From positions 1 through 27,448 of the forward strand of contig NW_021833377.1 in the NCBI RefSeq assembly GCF_006345805.1: a stretch of DNA of 27,448 bases, read 5' to 3'. Below, one piece after another: positions 9,250-19,445 of the stretch. Position 1 is the stretch's first letter. Every line of letters starts with the position of its first letter. The notes beneath the pieces were generated by a model. It was not told the DNA's origin. It searched no databases and saw only the letters and a list, made by a program, of their open reading frames with translations. The translations under genes were made by a program, and so were the position numbers. This stretch comes from Octopus sinensis. Its lineage: Eukaryota.

Positions 9250-10350
9250 CCTTGGGGCATATGAGGCATCTTCTCTCAGATTCTACATATCCAAAGATTT
9301 TAAAGTACAAACTGGCCTTTAACAAACTCAATCACCACCTAAGCAGGTGTGATGGGGCTGAAACAGAACTCTCTATGTGCAGATGGATTTCGCTAAAATG
9401 CTGCATCTAGGAGGATACAGGCCACGTTTCATAGAAAAAATGTTTGACATTCTAAACATACAAGCACGTGGGCACCATATGGAGACCATCCATGTGGCCA
9501 AACGAAACAACAAAACTCACAACAGTGATAACTGACATCACAGTTGATATCACAGACCACTATTAAATCTTAGCATTGTACTGAAAACATAGCAGAACTG
9601 ATGCTGTGAACAGCCCAACAACAACAACAACCACAGTGGCCACAACAATGACAACTACCACAACAACAACCACAGCGATAGCAACCGCAGTAGCAGCAAC
9701 TACAGTGACAACAACCTCCATAGTAAGAACAGCATCAACAGCACCAGCAATGACAGTAACTGGACTGGCACCACAGAAACTGGAACTATAAAGGGCCAAA
9801 GGAGTGGTAGGACTGACAACATATACAAAAAAAATGACAGAAGACTGACAGAAGATGTGGGGGAAGAGTAAACACATTGATCTGCCATACTACAGAGAGA
9901 CAGTAGAGAGCTAGTTAAAGAGAATCTAGAGACCTGGCCTCTGTCAGAATCATGAGATGGGGTCACATGCTCAGAGACTACCTGTCACACACCAATAACA
10001 CACCAGATACATACTGCCTAAACCAAGGTTCAATCCAAACAACCCAACTAACAGACAGTGCCCAGCTGTGTTTTAAATCCAATACTGTTTACCAAATGAC
10101 TTGCTCCTACATAAGATTGACCAGGAGACACCTTCACCTTAGAGTGAAAGAACATCTCTACAAGCTCCCCCCCTCCCCAGTGCCATGTTCCAACACCCCC
10201 ATTAATGTATTGAGAATTTTTCCACCTGGATACTGGCAAGGGTTATGAATGCAGTTAACCTCAAAATTACAAAGGCACACTTCATTAGGAAGAAGGTACC
10301 TGGCCTGAACTGCTGTAATGAGTTGGATGCACAGAAACACATCTACTACT
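9250..10350 (+). pseudogene. Penelope-like element remnant: RT thumb, low-complexity linker, GIY-YIG endonuclease
   Basis: Motifs in the expected order: HLLSDSTYPKILK (the S.HP...K motif), LHLGGYRPRFIEK (L..NGYP..FI), IDLPYYRETVE (LPY), CFKSNTVYQMTCSYIRLTRRHLHLRVKEHL (GIY-YIG, 10069-10160), ILARVMNAVNLKITKAHFIRKKVPGLN (EA..I....P.LN). Many stops and frameshifts. Confidence 0.75.
9613..9770 (+). repeat. Degenerate (AAC/AGC/GAC)n triplet repeat
   Basis: Strong 3-bp periodicity; lies inside the Penelope-like remnant. Confidence 0.85.
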
Positions 10351-10770
10351 TTCAGGATCTTTAACAGGCAAATTGTCCATATTAAATTGCTGCTTATTCA
10401 ACATACACTCCACATACCCATAACCACATTCTTATACCAAAATAATAGTTATACAAGAGAACTCCACTATATGAAACACAACAGATTCCACAATAACACG
10501 CATATAAATATACAGAGCCATAGTGAAAAGCTACCTGCTGCTGGGATGTTTCTTGTCTCCCTCCGATATATAGGGTGTTTTAAACACAGCATATCCACAA
10601 AAGATGTTATCTCTGGATGAATATCACAGTAAATTGCCTATTAATGATGTACATACATTACATACGATACAAACTTGGCCATTTTAATTTCTTTTGCATA
10701 TAACAGATAAGGAAAATTAATCATGACTGATAGATATTCACACACACACAATAATGCGCCACATTAAATG

Positions 10771-10926
10771 TACTGGTGGTAGTGCCATATAAAAAGTACC
10801 CAGTACACTCTGTAAAGTGGTTATTGTTGGGAAGGGCATCCAGCTGTAGAAACTAAGCCAGAACAGACAATGGAACATGGTGCTACCCCAGCATAGAAAA
10901 TGGATGTTAAACAATGATGATAATGA
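10771..10926 (+). mobile_element. Isolated RTE-type 3' tail fragment (LINE end or SINE tail)
   Basis: GCCATATAAAAAGTACCCAGTACACTCTGTAAAGTGGTT...GGAAGGGCATCCAGCTGTAGAAAC...GCATAGAAAATGGATGTTAAACAATGATGAT matches 7599-7785 with an internal deletion. Confidence 0.8.
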
Positions 10927-11014
10927 AATATTTATATATATATGGAAATACAAACACACACACACATTTAGTGATAGAAATAAGAAAAAAGAACTCAAAG
11001 CATGATTGTATATA

Positions 11015-11610
11015 TGAGGTGGTATCAAAAGGTTTCCGAACTAGTTATGTTTAATAAAAAATAACTAAGTTTTAACATCATCTCCTTCAAAATAGTTACC
11101 TTGCACATCAGTACACTGGTCCCAGTATTCCTGCCACTTTTGGAATCCAGCCTGGAAGTTGTTTTCTGTAAGCATGTCGTGGACCTTCTGCAATTTACTC
11201 TGGTTCTCTACAACAGCATTAAAATGGTGACCTTTGAGTTGCATTTTCATCTTGGGGAAGAGATGGAAGTCTTCAAGTGCTAAATCTAGTGAATACTGCT
11301 AGTGTAGAAGTGATACCATGTTGCTTTGGTGAGAAACTCATGAATGAGGAGAGCTCAGTGAAGAATCCAATTCTTTACACACCACAGATCCAGTTGCTTT
11401 CACTGAATGTCCTCCCACAAATGCTTTTAAACATTCCAGAGACATTCTGCTTTTGAAGTGACCATGCCACTCAAAACATTGTGTACAACCCATTGCCTCA
11501 TTGCTGTAAGCTTTCTGGAGCATGCTCAATGTCTCTGTAGCAGACTTCCCAAGTCTAACACAAAATTTCACATGATCACAAAAACACAAATTTAACAACT
11601 TGTGAATTAT
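11015..11610 (-). mobile_element. mariner transposon remnant with internally deleted transposase
   Basis: N-terminal KFCVRLGKSATETLSMLQKAYSNEAMG..QCFEW...FK; C-terminal YSLDLALEDFHLFPKMK.QLKG (the YSPDLAP.D motif) and WQEYWDQC...GNYFEGD; mariner-like terminus TA-TGAGGTGGTATCAAAAGGTT at 11013. The other end is replaced by a SINE. Confidence 0.85.
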
Positions 11611-11612
11611 AC

Positions 11613-11900
11613 TCAGTAATGTGACTGTGGCCATGCTAGAGCACCACCGTTGGTCGAAGAAATCAACCACAGAATTTATTCTTTGTAAGCCTAGTACTCA
11701 TTCTGTCAGTGTCTTTTACCAAACTGCTAAGTTACGGGAATGTAAACACAGCAACATCTGTTGTCAAGCAATGGTGGGGGTACAAACACAAGACACATGC
11801 ACACACTTACACAAATATACACATATATATGACAGTGTTCTTTCAGTTTCTGAGTACGAAATCCATTCACAAGGTTTTGGTTGGCCTGAAGCTATAATAA
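11613..11900 (-). mobile_element. tRNA-derived SINE body fragment (same family as 13669-14058)
   Basis: GTGGCCATGCTAGAGCACCACC, GCCTAGTACTCATT, AAATCCATTCACAAGG and GCTATAATAAG are reverse-complementary to parts of 13669-14058. Confidence 0.75.
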
Positions 11901-11908
11901 GTATATAT

Positions 11909-11966
<58 letters not shown>
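11900..11966. repeat. Near-perfect (TA)n microsatellite
   Basis: Long, almost uninterrupted TA run. Confidence 0.97.
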
Positions 11967-11969
<3 letters not shown>

Positions 11970-12789
11970 GCTGACACTACCCGGGAATTCATGGGAAAGT
12001 GGGCTTATCCCTTGGTTCTGATCTCATAATTGTTTCGCAAATCCAGTAACAACAATACAAAGTATGTAGCCCTTAAAATGGTTTTTGTGTATTTATTGAG
12101 AATACCAAACTGTTTTACAAAGGATTTTGTTTTTAGGAATTCCCAGGAATTTGGGTATTCATAACTTCCCAGTAAGTTATGAATACCCAAATTGTGAAGT
12201 CAGTTATGTAATAACATGAAATTAATTACCCTATAGTGAGAATTCAAATAAAGTAGCCCTGAAAAGGGCTTTAATACATTCCCAGAGTATATGGATTTTA
12301 GGAGGAAATATTAATAAGGTATGTATACTAAAATTGTGAAACATGTTACATAATAACATGCTAATCAAATGAGATAATAACAATTCAAAGTAACTGTGAA
12401 AAAAGCTTTTGTGCGTTCCTAAACATTACCCTTCAGCAGTGCGAATAAGTCACTAACTATAAAAAGAGGATCTATTGTTTAAGAGAATACTATTCACTTG
12501 TTTAAGTGTTGTATTAGATAAATTGAGAAAATAACTAAATTAGTTCAAATACTAAGAAATAAGCAAACTGAAAATGAATGGGTTATTTCCCTTGGAAGCT
12601 TAAAAATCATTACTCCCACCGTTCACCATTTACCTGAACATTTTTTTCGAAATCAATTTATACTTAAAACCTCCCCAGACACATAAGCAATGTGCATGTG
12701 AAGTTTAAGAAAAATCGGTTGATCAGTTTTGGCACAAAACGAAGACATACCGATACACACACACACATTTTCAGTTTTAATATGTAAGA
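11967..12789 (-). mobile_element. Non-autonomous Helitron (about 820 bp)
   Basis: Minus-strand 5' end A|TCTTACATATTAAAACTGAAAATGTGTGTG...CAACCGATTTTTC parallels the Helitron start at 17020. The 3' end ...CCCGGGTAGTGTCAGCTAC|T is a CTAG variant followed by T. Confidence 0.6.
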
Positions 12790-12980
12790 TAATAATAAAA
12801 TAACATTGAAAAATACCTAAGGAATAAGAACCCAGGTTAAAAATTTCCCCAAGACACCTGATGAAGGCTGGAGGGTATATCAGCCAAAACATTGTGTTAT
12901 CAACCAACAAGATGAGGACAAATATCCATCAAATATAAATAATGTACATAATTCCTCATCTCTTAAATATAGAACTGTAA
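12790..12980 (+). mobile_element. Hammerhead-bearing short repeat (Penelope-like terminal repeat type), catalytic core mutated
   Basis: GACAC-CTGATGA-A-GGCTG-GAGGGTATAT-CAGCC-AAAAC-ATT-GTGTT at 12853-12898. Confidence 0.65.
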
Positions 12981-13070
12981 GATGATCTTTGTTCTTCTGA
13001 TGTCGTATACTGTGCTGGTATGCATTATTTTACCTTAAAGTGTGGAGAGGACCTTTGCTTTAATATTTAA

Positions 13071-13250
13071 TCATTTATCTTTTAGTTGTTTCATTCAACT
13101 GTGACCATGCTGGACACCACCTTGAAGGGGTTTTAGTTGAGCAAACTGACCTTAGTTATGGGGATATAAAAAAAGCAACACCTTTTGTCAAGTGGTGGGG
13201 GTGAGTGGACAAACACAAACATAAAGACACACACACACATACACATATAT
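13071..13250 (-). mobile_element. SINE 3' fragment
   Basis: GTGACCATGCTGGACACCACCTTGAAGG and CTTTTGTCAAGTGGTGG are complementary to the 3' part of 13669-14058. Confidence 0.65.
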
Positions 13251-13485
13251 AAGGCAGCGAGCTGGCAGAGATGTTAGTACACTGGGCGAAATGTTTAGCG
13301 GTATTTCGTCTGCCGTTACGTCCTGAGTTCAAAATCCACCGAGGTCGACTTTGACTTTCAATCTTTTGGGATTGATTAAATAAGTACCAGTTATGCATTG
13401 GGGGTCAATATAATTGACTTAATCATTTGTCTGTCCTTGTTTGTCCTCTCTGTGTGTAGCCCCTTGTGGGTAGTAAAGAAATAAG
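13251..13485 (+). mobile_element. tRNA-derived SINE (family A), near full length
   Basis: A-box-like TGGCAGAGATGTTAG, B-box-like GAGTTCAAAATCC at 13325, core GAGGTCGACTTTG.CTTTCA.TC.TT..GG..TGAT.AAATAAGTACCAG, tail AAAGAAATAAG. Confidence 0.8.
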
Positions 13486-13668
13486 AAATGTTAGCATGCT
13501 GGACGAAATGCTTAGTGGTATTTTGTCTGTCTTTACGTTCTGAGTTCAAATTCCACCGAGGTCAACTTTGCCTTTCATCCTTTCGGCGTCGATAAATTAA
13601 GTACCAGTTGCATACTGCAAACGATTTAATCAACTGGCCCCCTCCCCCAAAATTTCAGGCCTTGTGCC
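13486..13668 (+). mobile_element. tRNA-derived SINE (family A), second copy with a different tail
   Basis: GAGTTCAAATTCCACCGAGGTCAACTTTGCCTTTCATCCTTTCGGCGTCGATAAATTAAGTACCAG. Confidence 0.8.
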
Positions 13669-14058
13669 TAGTGGTAAGAAGCTTGCCTCCCAACCACATG
13701 GTTCTAGGTTTAGTCCCACTATATGGTACCTTGAGCAAATGTCTTCTACTAGAGCCTCAGGCTAAACAAAGCCTTGTGAATGGATTTGGTAGATGGAAGC
13801 TGAAAGAAGCTTGTCATATGTGTATGTGTGTGTGTGTGCGTGTGTTTATTGATACATGTTTGTATTTGTACCCCATTTCCACTTGACAATCAGTGTTGGA
13901 GTATTTACATCCCTGTAACCTAGTGGTTCAGCAAATAGACCAATAAAATAAGTACCAGGCTTAAAAAATAAGTCCTGGGGTTGATTTGTTTGACTAAAAT
14001 CCTTGAAGGCAGTGCTCTAACATGGCTGCAGTTAAATCACTGAAACAAATAAAAGAAT
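13669..14058 (+). mobile_element. tRNA-derived SINE (family B, CORE-like segment)
   Basis: Head GTGGTAAGAAGCTTGCCTCCCAACCACATGGTTCTAGGTTTAGTCCC, CORE-like CCTTGAGCAAATGTCTTCTACTA, internal (TG)n, tail GAAACAAATAAAAGAAT. Confidence 0.75.
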
Positions 14059-14074
14059 GCATGTATGTATAACA

Positions 14075-14226
14075 GGTTTCTTCTAATTTCCATTAACCAA
14101 ATCCACTCATAAGGCTTTGGTCAACCTGGCATTATAGTAGAAGACACTTGCCCAAAGATTACACAGTTGACTGAACCTGGAACCATGTGGTTGAGAAACA
14201 AATTTCTTACTACATAGCCATGCCTC
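14075..14226 (-). mobile_element. SINE family B 5' fragment, inverted relative to 13669-14058
   Basis: Reverse complement AGGCATGGCTATGTAGTAAGAA...CAACCACATGGTTCCAGGTTCAGTC...TTGGGCAAGTGTCTTCTACTATA...CAAAGCCTTATGAGTGGATTTGGT. Confidence 0.8.
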
Positions 14227-14581
14227 TGTACCTAGTGGATGAAAAGGTGTTATTAAATTTTTTATGCCTTGATGTAGGGTTTCTTTGGTCTGACAGAATT
14301 TCATGTTAAACAACACCAGGCAGAACCAAAAGCTTATATGCATTTAGATAAACAAAGAAAAAATTCTTATAGCTTTCATTTAGGTTTTGAGATGGACAAG
14401 CAAAATAAATTTTGGAAGATTGCTATAAAGTTTCTGTAGCAGTGTAGTAACAAATATGATCTGTTTACTTGAAACATTCAAACAAAACATTTTAAAAAAT
14501 ATGTTACACTCATGTTTTCAACATAACATGCTTGAAAGGTGAACTTCCTTTCTCTTTACACCCACATATACATACGTATGT

Positions 14582-14613
<32 letters not shown>

Positions 14614-14685
14614 TGAGAGAGAGTGAGTGAGAGAGAGTGAAGAGAGAGAGTGAGAGAGAGAGTGAGAGAGAGTGTGTGTGTGTGC
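14582..14685. repeat. (TG)n/(AG)n compound microsatellite
   Basis: Visible directly. Confidence 0.95.
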
Positions 14686-15075
14686 TTATGTGCGCATGTT
14701 TTCTTTTTCTTGCTAAAACTTTAGTTTCTATTTTTCTCTTCTGAAGATTCACACCACCATATAGCATATTTCTGTGACTGTCTGCAGCTTATTGCATACA
14801 ACTCACACACACTTCCATAAATATAGTTTCTTATCATCCAGTGTTATTCATAAGAAAAATATTTCACAAAAAAACAACTTTTTCTTGTTTAGTACTGTGC
14901 AGTTGTTGCTGTAAGAGATATATAAGTAGTAAACAATAGATATCTGTACCATGTTCATATCCAGAAGACACCAAGTCTATAAAACAAGCTTTGTTAGTTA
15001 TATTTAGGATGGCACTAATGTATTATATGAGTTACAAATGGAAATAGTATGGTGGGAGGCGGTGGGGTGGGGGTA

Positions 15076-15108
15076 GAGGAGGAGGAGGAGGAGGAGGAGG
15101 AGGAGGAA
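15076..15108. repeat. (GGA)n trinucleotide repeat
   Basis: Visible directly. Confidence 0.95.
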
Positions 15109-15763
15109 GGAATAAGAAATCTAATTAGCAATCTCCTCCATGATAGTGCTTCTTAACAGTGATGCTTGTTAATTAAGCATTGTTTTAAGTAGCTGATTGG
15201 TCTAAATAGTGATGATGTTGATATGTCTATTGTTAATAATCGTTGACAAGAGCTGTCAATTTGAGGATCTACATTTGAGTCAAGTACCGAAAATTTAACA
15301 ACATTAGTCTTTCCTTAGATAGCTGTTCATAAAAAGCAACAATCAACTTGTCTCTTGTCTTAGTTTTGAAGTAATGAACACAGAATGTTTCTCTCACAAA
15401 CAGAGCACATTAAAACACTCGAACTGGCAAGTGTATGTGTTATCCTAATTTACCCTTCCTGGCCGTTAGTGGAGTAACTGAGCTACTGATGATAGGATGA
15501 GATATTGTAACACTGGGACTGGTGACAAATAAACTTTCCAAATGAGCTTACTTTAGATGGCTAATACTGACAGACATAATGAAGAAATATTTGAGGGTCC
15601 TGAAAAGCACTCTTAAAAGTTCAGTCAGTATAGGGTGTGAAAAGTAACTTCATAATTGCATTGCACCAATGTAAAGTATTGTAAATATTAACCCATACAG
15701 ATGAATATGACAGTCGATATTTAATGCAGCTATATATAACAAGCCATACCATCTACAATAAAT

Positions 15764-16101
15764 AGTAAAGACTCCCTTCAGTCACGAATGACCATGGGTT
15801 TGCACTTAGAAAGTTCCTCTCCTGGGCACAAGTCTGAGCAAGATTGTTTATGGAAGACCAGCAGTTGCCCATGCATACCAGCCTCCCCTCTTCATGCCAC
15901 CAGTGTTATCCAAGAGAAAGGCAAGGGCTGATACAGCATGGCACCAGTGACATCCCAACTCATTTCTACCGATGTGTGAACTGGAGCAATGTGAAATAAA
16001 GTGTCTTGCTCAAGAACATAACACACAGCCCCGTCAGGAAATCAAGCTCAAAACCTCATGATCATAAGCTTGACACTAACCACTAAGACATGCACCTTCA
16101 C
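15764..16101 (-). mobile_element. tRNA-derived SINE (family C)
   Basis: Minus-strand head GAAGGTGCATGTCTTAGTGGTTAG...GAGCTTGATTTCC, conserved-domain-like TTCTTGAGCAAGACACTTTATTTCACATTGCTCCAG, 3' end ...GAAGGGAGTCTTTACT. Confidence 0.75.
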
Positions 16102-18254
16102 TATAATAAATAGTATATGCAGCATAAGGTTTCAAGCTCATTATAAATAATTAAGAGAGAAAATATGAATGTTACAAATACATTCAATGCCATCAAGGCA
16201 AAGCTGAACTATAAGTTTGTTGTGTTATATATATATATATATATATATTACTTCTGACTTGCCATGGGAAGTCAGGGTGGCTATAATTTCACGTTCATTA
16301 TACATTTTCTTTATAACAGATAATAATAGCTTTCCTGTGTAATTTACCGGAGATAAATGCACACCTGAAACGCACACACTAGAAATAGAAAGTGTTTTGG
16401 ATGTTTTTTCTTTCTTTTTTACTTCTTGAGGTAATCACTATTTCATTGATATTTTGCTCTATAATTTCTGGTATTCACCGTCATTCATATCATGTCAGAA
16501 AGTGTTTAACCAATACTATACTCTATATTTGTTCTACCATAAGACATGTCTCTCTCATTTGTTCAATACTATGAAACTCTTATTATAAAAACACAAGACA
16601 TAACCCAAATCTCATCATTTTATTATAATTAATGACTTTGAGAAATGTAATATCACATGTTCTAATTTTCTCCAATAAAGATCGGTGAGAGAAATTTCTG
16701 TTGCTTTAGTGATACAAATGCCTCATTATATTGTTAATGAGAACAGTTTGTGACAGGCTATTTCACAAGTTATAGTAAAATCAGATCCATTTTTGTAACA
16801 TGCTTATATTCAAGTTGTTTGTTTATAAAGTAACCTTTGTTAGTTGAATATTGTTAATGAAAGATCAATAGCAGTGTGTCAATATTTTCTGTTTTCTTAT
16901 TACTTGAGACTAAAATTGAGCTGGTATAATAAAGGAAAAGATTAAGCAATGTGTAAAGTTATGTATTGAGAGTATGGAGTATATATAAGCAGCATTCAAC
17001 CCCTATTCTTGGCATTACATCTATATATATAAAACAAAGGATGTGTGTGTCTGTGTAGTACATATGCATTTCTACAGTTTCCAACCGATTTTCACCAAAC
17101 ATTACATACATTATTTGTGTGCTAAGGATGGTCATGCACTATAACATTTTGCCCAGAGCTCCTGTGTAAAGTGAGAAAAACGGTGTTTAACATGGGTTTT
17201 TCTCTAAAAACTTCTGCAGTTTTCAACCAATTCTCTCCCTTTTCTCTCTCTGTTTATTTCTCTCTTCTCTCTCTTTTTTTCATTCTCTGTTTCTCTTGCT
17301 TACACATATTCTCTCTCACCCTCTGTAATAGTTCCTCTCTTTAAGTCTATGTTGTTTCTTTAACTCTCTCTCCCTCTTTAACTTACTTCTGTCTACAAAG
17401 TGACTTTCATGTATTTCAATTAGTCATGCATAAAAATCTCTGTTGTTACGGTTTTTGTACGTTCTCACCGAAAAATAATTTAGTTATTTTTAATTTTTGT
17501 TCACCCACTGTGTTTAATTTCCGTTTTGCCACGTCTGCCTAAAAAATTGACTTCAGTATATTTCAATTTTGTTGTGTACAAATATCTTAGTCTTTACAGT
17601 TTTTGTACATTCTCCCTACAACATTACTTATTTTTAATTTTTTACATTCCGTCTATTTAAATACACTATTCACAGTTCTCTCTCTATCGATAAACGTTGT
17701 GCATGTGGTCGTGCATGCATACATATGACTGCTATGGGCCACATACAGCCGATAAGCCTTTATTACTAACCTATGAGATTTCAACCATGCCACTGAGTGG
17801 TCATGCATTAGAAAAAACTATCCTAAAGCAGCTGAACTTTTTCCACTCAAACTATTTTCTTCTAGAGCTTTATACACTCAAAAAGAGTTTTTAAGTTCTG
17901 TCTACAAATTGACTTCCTTGTATTTAAATCAGTCGAGTATAAAAATCTCTTTTATAGTTTTTGTACATTCTCCCTGAAAAATAATTTAGTTATTTTTCCT
18001 TTTTATTTACCCAGTGTGTTTAAATTCAGTTTTGCCACATATACCTAAAAATTGACTTCAGTGTATTTCAATTTTGTCGTGCGTAAATATTTTTGTCATT
18101 ACGGTATTTGTACATTCTCCCAACAAAGGATGTCTGTATGTAGTATGTATACATTTCTACAGTTTTCAACTGATTTTCACCAAACTTTACACACACATTA
18201 CTTAGGTGTCAAGAATGGTCATGCACTATAACATTTTTCCCAGAGCTCCCACTG

Positions 18255-18697
18255 CAGCCTCCAGGTCTCCCTCCCTACATTGAGACTGAAATTTGGCGCT
18301 CTAATAATGCTGCAGAGGAATTTGGATCTTCTGAGACTGTGCAATGGGACATGAGTGGTGGTGAAGAAGATGATGCGACGTGTTATTGAGGTGACCATTC
18401 TGTCAGAATGTGGATGGAGAGAGGATATCTTCATATCAAGGATCCCCATTATTCCATCAGGAGCAGAAATTCCCTTTGCTTTCAGGCGGTTGCAATTTCC
18501 TGTCCGTGTAAGTTTTGCAATGTCGATCAACAAATAGCAGGGGCAAACACTCTGTGTCAGGACTTCACCTGGAGGAGCCATGTTTCTCACATGAGCAATT
18601 GTATGTTGGCTGCTCCAGAGTGGGGACTAAAAACAGTCTGTTCGCATTTGCCCCACAAGACAAAACAAAAAATATTATCCACAGGGAGGTTCTGTAG
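18255..18697 (+). pseudogene. Helitron PIF1-family helicase C-terminal fragment
   Basis: PPGLPP, LKFGALIMLQRNL, RLCNGT, RIPIIP...PFAFRRLQFPVRVSFAMSINK*QGQT, PCFSHEQLYVGCSRV, KTKNIIHREVL*. Confidence 0.92.
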
Positions 18698-18769
18698 GCT
18701 TTCTATGTACCTACCTCCATGCATCTTTCAGACTACTTGCTCACATGTTCACAATTTGTGTAAATGCCA

Positions 18770-19215
18770 AAAAGAAGTGGGTACGAAGAAAGATTGGTCA
18801 AGATGTTGGACATCCTGGCAATTGCCTTGGGATAGCTTACACAGTTCATCACAGTCAACAGGAGTGATTCCAGGATCTGTGGAACATACCAGAAGGCCTG
18901 CCTCAAGCATAGGTTGCTAAAGATGGGGCACAGTGGGATGCAATGCTGGCAGGGGCTGCAGCATTAAAGTCCCAGCCTTGGGAGAGTTTACATGGTCCAT
19001 TACAGTCAACAGGAGTGTTTCTACCTCAGTCTTTTACTGCATGAGGTCAGAGGATCAACGTGTTTCCATGACCTGAAAACCTTTGATGGCGAGGTATGTG
19101 GAACATATCAGGTGGCTTGCTTCATGCATGGGTTGCCAGAAGACGGGGCACAGTGTCACGCAACACTCATGGAGGCCTCTGCATCAAAGTCTCCCAAAGT
19201 CTCAGGGCATTGTTT
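18770..19215 (+). pseudogene. Helitron Rep-helicase linker region, partially duplicated
   Basis: QQECFYLSLLLHEVRGSTCFHDLKTFDGEVCGTYQVAC..HGL.EDG matches the ECFYLRLLL..VRGP.SF.DL.T motif. Confidence 0.85.
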
Positions 19216-19269
19216 GCAGTGATACTCCAAAAAATAAATGTTATGTGATCCCAGTTCTTTGTGGTTCAA

Positions 19270-19445
19270 GTACAGGGATCTGGAAAGGGAGAGGACATCT
19301 TCATACCAAGGATTCCCCTTATTCTATCGGGAGCGGAAATCCCCTTTACTTTCAGGTAGTCGCAATTTCCTGTTTGTGTAAATTTTGCAATGTTGAGCAA
19401 CAAATTGCAGGGGTAAACCCTGTGGCATGATTTCACCTGGAGGAC
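19270..19445 (+). pseudogene. Second copy of the Helitron helicase C-terminal segment
   Basis: GKGEDIFIPRIPLILSGAEIPFTFR*SQFPVCVNFAM duplicates about 18410-18575. Confidence 0.88.

Noticed and set aside
9563-9877. Mucin-like Thr-rich ORF and poly-Val ORF
   Set aside because: Alternative frames of a triplet repeat; no good splice signals; the third frame links to Penelope-like motifs
15590-15660. GAGGGTCCTGAAAAG as a mariner-like terminal repeat
   Set aside because: No matching second terminus or transposase sequence found nearby
16255-16280. CTGACTT/AAGTCAG 7-bp hairpin
   Set aside because: Isolated short stem, expected by chance in 27 kb
18219-19430. ORFs 18219-18590 (-), 18408-18920 and 19083-19430 as separate genes
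   Set aside because: Off-frame or antisense readings of Helitron RepHel fragments
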